Below, piece by piece: positions 58,805 to 64,000 of a DNA stretch of 64,000 bases; within the stretch, counting starts at the first letter, position 1, and each line of letters starts with the position of its first letter. The notes beneath the pieces were generated by a model, which ran no database searches, was not told where the DNA came from, and saw only the letters and a program-made list of their open reading frames with translations. The translations under genes and the position numbers were made by a program. The stretch lies in the NCBI GenBank assembly GCA_905234185.1, contig CAJOGC010000001.1, forward strand, positions 31,765 to 95,764, written 5' to 3'. Origin of the DNA: an uncultured Alphaproteobacteria bacterium. Lineage in GTDB: Bacteria; Pseudomonadota; Alphaproteobacteria; Rs-D84.

Positions 58805-59683
58805 TTAGTCTGGTGCAAAGAAAGCGATACCACTGTCCAATGTATCTATTTCCCTATGATTCATATACCAATCATACGATTTAGCAATATGCCCCACATC
58901 CAACGCACGACGGCCGTTCAAGAATAAATCATAACACAAAATTTTAGCGGTTGGACCACATATCACCACAAAAATTTTATTTTTAGCGCATTTCATGCAA
59001 TCATTGAAAATTTCATCATATTTTGCAAACGCGTCTGATGATGGCGCATAAACATATTCCACAGAATTTGCATTGTCAAAAATATTATGCGTAATTTTAT
59101 CAAACACGGTTTTTCCACAAACGATGACAATGTCTTTTTTGTTCCAAATTTTTCTGAATCCGGAAAAATAAGCCTTTTTATCGATTCCACGATTTGCAAA
59201 TCCCAATGTCATTTCCGCGGCGTAATAAGTATTTTTATCAAAATTTATATATTGTTCCAATATATTACGATACTTATTTCCATTATTCCGCCAAAAATCG
59301 CGCGCATATGGTTGTAAACAAGATTTATCTTTGTATAACACAGATGGTATTCCAACCATCAAATTTTTATCACATGCCGACAAAACCTGCTTTAACCGCG
59401 TTGCAATCAATGGTGATGCGGACTGAAAAGGAATACTGTCACCGCACATTAAACTTATTTCTCCATCACCAAAGCGCACCATGCTGGCCTTGGATTTAAT
59501 CAAGAAATCCAAACTTTCCATAATTCCACAAACCGTATGCGAATCACCATTTTTAACCGCATCGGATATTTCGTAAAATAAATTGTCATACACCTGGGCT
59601 AAATCGATTGGTTCATGGGTATGTGAACGCAGGTCAATATGTGACAACAGTTTTATGTTTCTGAACAATTTTCGTAATGACAT
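58805..59683 (-). CDS. GT-D type glycosyltransferase (DUF1792-like)
   Basis: 292 aa with the …SMVRFGDGEISLM… motif, the hallmark of GT-D/DUF1792. Confidence 0.5.
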   Translation of the reverse strand: MSLRKLFRNIKLLSHIDLRSHTHEPIDLAQVYDNLFYEISDAVKNGDSHTVCGIMESLDFLIKSKASMVRFGDGEISLMCGDSIPFQSASPLIATRLKQVLSACDKNLMVGIPSVLYKDKSCLQPYARDFWRNNGNKYRNILEQYINFDKNTYYAAEMTLGFANRGIDKKAYFSGFRKIWNKKDIVIVCGKTVFDKITHNIFDNANSVEYVYAPSSDAFAKYDEIFNDCMKCAKNKIFVVICGPTAKILCYDLFLNGRRALDVGHIAKSYDWYMNHREIDTLDSGIAFFAPD

Positions 59684-59684
59684 T

Positions 59685-60095
59685 TCACTGTTCCTTTTTA
59701 TTATTTATTTCGACCAATTCAACCAACATCATATTTTTCAACATTAAAAAACATACGCGCCGAAAATAAACCGCATCTACGATTGGTTTTACAACAATCG
59801 CGCCATTTGTGACAAATTCACGCACAGATTGTTCAATATCGTCTGTTTCATATGCAAAATGATAAAATTTGGTCCCTTTATCTAAATATGCCGTTAATGG
59901 TCCGTCATCAGAAATATTTTCCAGCAATTCCAATTGTGGTTGCCCATCTGATGAAATAAACAACCCACGAATTTTTTGTTCGTTATCAATAAACACATCG
60001 GATACCGGTTTGTACCCAAGGATTTCAAAATATTTCAATTCACGTTCTATATTGCGACATGCCACACCGATATGATGAAATTTGGTTTTTGCCAT
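59685..60095 (-). CDS. VOC (glyoxalase / methylmalonyl-CoA epimerase-like) family protein
   Basis: 136 aa with …FHHIGVACRNIERELKYF…GYK… and paired beta-alpha-beta-beta-beta modules. Confidence 0.55.
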   Translation of the reverse strand: MAKTKFHHIGVACRNIERELKYFEILGYKPVSDVFIDNEQKIRGLFISSDGQPQLELLENISDDGPLTAYLDKGTKFYHFAYETDDIEQSVREFVTNGAIVVKPIVDAVYFRRVCFLMLKNMMLVELVEINNKKEQ

Positions 60096-61657
60096 TACAT
60101 AACCTCTATCTTTAATCCGGTTAAATCGATATTTTCCGGTATTTCATATGCAACACACCCAGATGCATCCAATTCTGTTCCAGCCAATTCGGCTAACCAC
60201 TGCATCGCCGGTCCATTGCGTTCGCCGTGTTTGTAATTTATTTCTATGACATTATCCGTGCCCAGTTGTTTGGCCGCGACCGCAAACAAATATGGCAACA
60301 TAACATTTTCTAATTTGCGACCCAACGCACGACAAGACACCGTCATTTCGTCCAAGACCAGGTATGCACCGGATTTGTGTGTTGCCAAGATAGCAATCAC
60401 ACCACTGTCTGATAAATTGTCGGACATTCTAATTGTGACGATTGCCCGACCTGGGGTTGTCATAAATTCATTAACCACCGTTTCGTTATACCGTGCATAG
60501 GTCAAAATAAATTGATTCGTTTTTCCAAAAAGTTCCGCAACACGCGTCATTTGTGACAAATCGTTCACATGATATTCTAAACAAATTCCCAATTTTGCGA
60601 AATATTCAGCCGGCGTCAGACTCTGTGCCAGTTTTGCGCGTTCAATATTTGCGCGTATATCATCGGCACGCAATTTATCCTCACTTGAATGTTTCAGTTT
60701 TAATAATCCCGGATAGTATTTCATAACCGAACAAATATTATCAGTTGCCAATATGGTGTGAACATTTGTTGTTGCGACATTTTCTATTTCGGCGGGATTA
60801 TCATCGATAAACAAGATTGCATCCGTACCAATGTTTAATGTTTTTGCAATTTCAATAATGTTTTCATCTTTTGGTTTCCAATTTACCCGAGCCACCGTAA
60901 AATCGTCCCAACGCAAGATAAAATCGGTGCGTTTTTGGAACATGTTTATAACATCAACTTCCTCATTTTTTGATGCAATGCACAGAAAGAATCCATTGTC
61001 TTTCAGGCCTTTCAACTGTTGTTGAAATTCGTTGTTTGGAATAATTTTATCAACACCATCTTCGCCCAAAACACCGCTGTATAATGTGTTGTCTAAATCA
61101 ACTACAACCGCCTTTAATGCCGGCGCGACCATGGCGGGGAAATACCGCATACCCAACACGCGCGCAATTTCCAAACACGATTTATTTGATAATCGGGTTC
61201 CTGAAAAAGACTCTTTGGCAACATCGTATGCGGCGTCACCGAATATGCCGATGACATCGGTAATACGCAACGCAAAACAATCGGTCGTTAAATTATCTAA
61301 ATTCAATGCGGCATCACCGGTATATGCAACCAAAATTGGCGCCGTTGTCTGTGACCGTAAAACATTAACCCGTTCGGATAAGAAACCAACCAAATCATTT
61401 GATTTATAACGATTTGTATCCAACCAAATTAACTGAATATTGGCATCGTGAAAATCAAAATTCAGGCTGTCATCATAATCACTGTATACAAAATCAGCAA
61501 TATAACCAGATTCGTGTAAAAACGCATTTATAACACTGGCAACCATTTCAAACGAGTGGTTTCGATACACGGCGACACGCAGTTTTGTGCCACCAATCGG
61601 TGCGTTTAATAAATCAAGTCGTTTAAGGTTGTCGGTGTATAAATTGGTGTTTAGCAT
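60095..61657 (-). CDS. FkbH-like HAD-superfamily (IIIC) domain protein
   Basis: 520 aa with the HAD motif I VVDLDNTLYSG and …CIASKNEEVDV… typical of FkbH. The start overlaps the ACP stop. Confidence 0.6.
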   Translation of the reverse strand: MLNTNLYTDNLKRLDLLNAPIGGTKLRVAVYRNHSFEMVASVINAFLHESGYIADFVYSDYDDSLNFDFHDANIQLIWLDTNRYKSNDLVGFLSERVNVLRSQTTAPILVAYTGDAALNLDNLTTDCFALRITDVIGIFGDAAYDVAKESFSGTRLSNKSCLEIARVLGMRYFPAMVAPALKAVVVDLDNTLYSGVLGEDGVDKIIPNNEFQQQLKGLKDNGFFLCIASKNEEVDVINMFQKRTDFILRWDDFTVARVNWKPKDENIIEIAKTLNIGTDAILFIDDNPAEIENVATTNVHTILATDNICSVMKYYPGLLKLKHSSEDKLRADDIRANIERAKLAQSLTPAEYFAKLGICLEYHVNDLSQMTRVAELFGKTNQFILTYARYNETVVNEFMTTPGRAIVTIRMSDNLSDSGVIAILATHKSGAYLVLDEMTVSCRALGRKLENVMLPYLFAVAAKQLGTDNVIEINYKHGERNGPAMQWLAELAGTELDASGCVAYEIPENIDLTGLKIEVM

Positions 61658-61875
61658 TTTAATTCCTTGACCTTTTTAACAATCGCGTCCATCGATTTCA
61701 GTTGTGGAATATCGGCGGGATTAAATGAAATATCAAATTCTTCTTCGACTGTCATGATAATTTCAATTGACTTTAATGAATCCCAATTTTCAACGGTTGT
61801 GCTGGATACATTATCGCCAACCTTGATGTCTTTTTTCAGAATCTTGGATAATATTTGTGCTATTTTTTCTTCCAT
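61651..61875 (-). CDS. acyl carrier protein (stand-alone)
   Basis: 74 aa with the …VENWDSLKSIEIIMTVEEEF… DSL phosphopantetheine-attachment motif. Confidence 0.6.
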   Translation of the reverse strand: MEEKIAQILSKILKKDIKVGDNVSSTTVENWDSLKSIEIIMTVEEEFDISFNPADIPQLKSMDAIVKKVKELKC

Positions 61876-61877
61876 TA

Positions 61878-62633
61878 CTATTCTCCTTGGTCAAACTTTC
61901 TTAGAACATATTCTTGGGACGCAATCGTATAACCGAAAAACAAATCAAGATTAACAATAGGTTGATTGTTTGATGAAATGCTGGTGATAAGTTTATTCAT
62001 CCCATGTTGCTGATAATATTTCAATGCCAAATCAAACATCATAAATCCGAACCCTGTATTTTGATATTGTTCGAAGATACCTTCCAATAAATCATCAACA
62101 ATATGTGTTTCTGGATCCATTTTAACAAGTCCAAATCCCACAGGTGAATCTTTGAATGTATAAAGAAAAAGGTGGGCATTCGGATCATTAACTAAATCCA
62201 TAATCCAGTTTCTGTACCGGCGACACGATGTATCGCGAACCAATTTTGGATCAAGATATATTCTGTCGGTGTGAAACATGTCGTCAGACATTAAATCGGT
62301 GACACTGTGCCACGCTTGTTCGGTTTTTTCGATATACTGTTGAACCAATGCATTACGCATTTTCGCCAATGTTGCCGGGGGTTCATAATCAACCAACGAT
62401 TTTTCCATATGAAATTGGGTTTCCATAAATCTGAACCCAATGTTTTCCAACGCATGCACAATTTCAAGATTTCCAGTGGGAAGCTTTATCGTCACATATT
62501 TTCCCGTAAATTCATCGGAATTTATACGATCAACAATGGAACGAATGTCCGACAAGTCGTCCACAGACACACGCATTTCCACGGCGTCAACCCCGATATT
62601 TCTTTTTTCCCAAAACGCATCAATTATTTGCAT
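61878..62633 (-). CDS. GNAT-fold acyltransferase-like protein
   Basis: 251 aa with …YQNTGFGFMMF… (Q/R-x-x-G-x-G motif A-like). Confidence 0.35.
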   Translation of the reverse strand: MQIIDAFWEKRNIGVDAVEMRVSVDDLSDIRSIVDRINSDEFTGKYVTIKLPTGNLEIVHALENIGFRFMETQFHMEKSLVDYEPPATLAKMRNALVQQYIEKTEQAWHSVTDLMSDDMFHTDRIYLDPKLVRDTSCRRYRNWIMDLVNDPNAHLFLYTFKDSPVGFGLVKMDPETHIVDDLLEGIFEQYQNTGFGFMMFDLALKYYQQHGMNKLITSISSNNQPIVNLDLFFGYTIASQEYVLRKFDQGE

Positions 62634-63918
62634 TTGTTAAATCCTTTATTATTTGCATATATCTATCACGCACTATATCGCGTTCATATGTTGCCAGCCA
62701 GTATTTATATTCGTCATCTATTATTTTGCGTCGTGCCGCCGGATGTTTTAACAAATATTCAACACCACGTTTCATGTCCGCAACATTATCGAACATGTAC
62801 GGATAATCGGTTGGCATATATTCGTGAAAAGAAAATATAGGTTTTTCACGATTTATTTTCACCACAGACGCCACCCGCATACGCATTAAATCGATTTGTG
62901 TCATTGCCGAAGATACTGGAAAACTGTCCACAAAAACATCGGCACATTGAAACAATAAATCATACGCGGCGGTCATCGGCACAATATGTAAACGCGCACG
63001 CAAATCATCATGTCCAACAAAAATACTATTTAGTATAGCGCATTCTTTATCGTTCATATCTGAGATAACCAAATGATGTAATTTTTTGTTATCGCGCAAC
63101 AATTCCAAAATCATATTGAAATACGGCGATGTATCACCGTCAAACATTTTATATGACGAACCGCCCGTCACGGTTAATGGTGCATCGACCGGTATCCCAA
63201 GTTCAGATTTTTTTGCATCTATTTCAGATTTGGAATAATAATGTGTATCGTCACGCCCCACAGATTGCAGACCAATAATTTGACAGTTATGTAAATGACG
63301 TTTTTCTTCGGTAATTTTTTTAATTGTTGGCATGCCTTCTAGTATCACATCTGCCAATGTCATGCCGGCATTTGGAAAATGACTTGCATGATTGAAAAAC
63401 ACTATTTTCATTCCGGTGTTGCGTTTTAATAGATGCATAACCGCCGTAAACAGCAAATCCCACATATGAATATACACAAATGATACGGACGGACAATCAT
63501 CAGCGATTTGGTTGTACAAATATATTAAATCATTTACAAAATTTTTATGCGATAAATTTATTCCAGAAATTGTCGCACAATCCTTAATCTTTGCCAACAT
63601 TGTCGGCGCACAGCGAGTCGTTTCGTCCAACATGGAACAAAATATATGCATATCTGCACGATCCGACATAGATTCGATCTGGTTCACCAAACAGAGTGTA
63701 TGTCCACCAACATCATACAATGCCGTTGCAAAAAAGCCGACACCATTTTTATTAGAATGCGGAATATGAAATTCAGATTTATGTTTAGAATATATCGCAT
63801 CGGCTAAATCACAAATACGGGTATCAATATCAGATACATCGAATTCACGCGCATCATATTTCATGTTAAATGCGCGACGGATTTTTTTATATCTTATTTG
63901 GCTTAACCAGTCGAACAT
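62620..63918 (-). CDS. hypothetical protein in a polysaccharide-modification cluster (possible GT-B-like)
   Basis: 432 aa if it starts at MFDWLSQ (63918), overlapping the upstream stop as TAATG. The ORF is open to 63942. Confidence 0.4.
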   Translation of the reverse strand: MFDWLSQIRYKKIRRAFNMKYDAREFDVSDIDTRICDLADAIYSKHKSEFHIPHSNKNGVGFFATALYDVGGHTLCLVNQIESMSDRADMHIFCSMLDETTRCAPTMLAKIKDCATISGINLSHKNFVNDLIYLYNQIADDCPSVSFVYIHMWDLLFTAVMHLLKRNTGMKIVFFNHASHFPNAGMTLADVILEGMPTIKKITEEKRHLHNCQIIGLQSVGRDDTHYYSKSEIDAKKSELGIPVDAPLTVTGGSSYKMFDGDTSPYFNMILELLRDNKKLHHLVISDMNDKECAILNSIFVGHDDLRARLHIVPMTAAYDLLFQCADVFVDSFPVSSAMTQIDLMRMRVASVVKINREKPIFSFHEYMPTDYPYMFDNVADMKRGVEYLLKHPAARRKIIDDEYKYWLATYERDIVRDRYMQIIKDLTNANN

Positions 63919-64000
63919 TATAACCCCTTGATAAATTCGCATGCGGTGTTTATTACGCGTTCTTGGTCATAATCGGTCAAATCAAAATACAACGGCAATC
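63918..64000 (-). CDS. C-terminal fragment of a further gene of the cluster (runs off the window end)
   Basis: Minus-strand frame …LPLYFDLTDYDQERVINTACEFIKGL, stop at 63918-63920. Confidence 0.3.
   Translation of the reverse strand, partial: LPLYFDLTDYDQERVINTACEFIKGL

Noticed and set aside
1-64000. CRISPR arrays, rRNA genes, IS transposases, integrases other than xerD, restriction-modification or known defence genes
   Set aside because: - I found no regularly spaced direct repeats.
- I found no transposase or RT ORFs.
- I found no methyltransferase or helicase-nuclease defence modules.

Overview
This window looks like a chromosomal stretch of an AT-rich alphaproteobacterium. That reading rests on gene content: a Ros/MucR regulator, AddB, a ruvC–ruvA region, SecB, a YbeY–Lnt neighbourhood and TrmB. 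Most of the window is housekeeping genes: trmB, ybeY/lnt, rarA, ftsK, secDF-yajC, mutL, greA, xerD, trxB, serS, typA, recA, secB, mltA, ruvC, yebC, ruvA, mnmE, rsmI, engB, addB, xth and an acyl-CoA ligase. Three accessory regions stand out.

(1) About 30.7–38.8 kb is a roughly 8 kb cell-surface glycan island. It carries at least eight glycosyltransferase-like genes, including two paralogous GT2 genes, a GT4 gene, and genes resembling the GT61, GT92 and GT32 families.

(2) About 57.4–64 kb is a second decoration cluster. It holds an FkbH-like loader next to a stand-alone acyl carrier protein (ACP), a GNAT-fold protein, a VOC protein and a GT-D/DUF1792-like glycosyltransferase. Just upstream is a small orphan gene whose N-terminus strongly resembles the Mtd/phage tail-fibre N-terminal domain.

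(3) Around 43–48.6 kb the ruv/mnmE neighbourhood contains a family of short palindromic MITE/REP-like elements. A small GIY-YIG nuclease gene sits at the 3' end of mnmE, bounded by perfect 29-bp terminal inverted repeats of the same architecture. It is also bracketed by a roughly 52-bp direct duplication of the mnmE 3' end. This looks like a nuclease-associated REP/MITE mobile system (a 'REPtron'-like arrangement, but with GIY-YIG instead of a RAYT transposase). It is the most interesting candidate for a previously undescribed system in the window.

Other notable items:
- ybeY reads through in frame into lnt.
- An orphan membrane protein combines a lysozyme-like domain with TPR repeats.
- A Cys-rich secreted protein has a TTG start and a roughly 430-bp GC-rich structured leader.
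- An S41/CtpA-like PDZ protein lacks the canonical Ser/Lys catalytic dyad.
- ruvB and addA are missing from their expected places.

No rRNA, CRISPR array or confidently identifiable tRNA was seen. All calls come from reading the sequence and ORF translations by eye; no database search was run.
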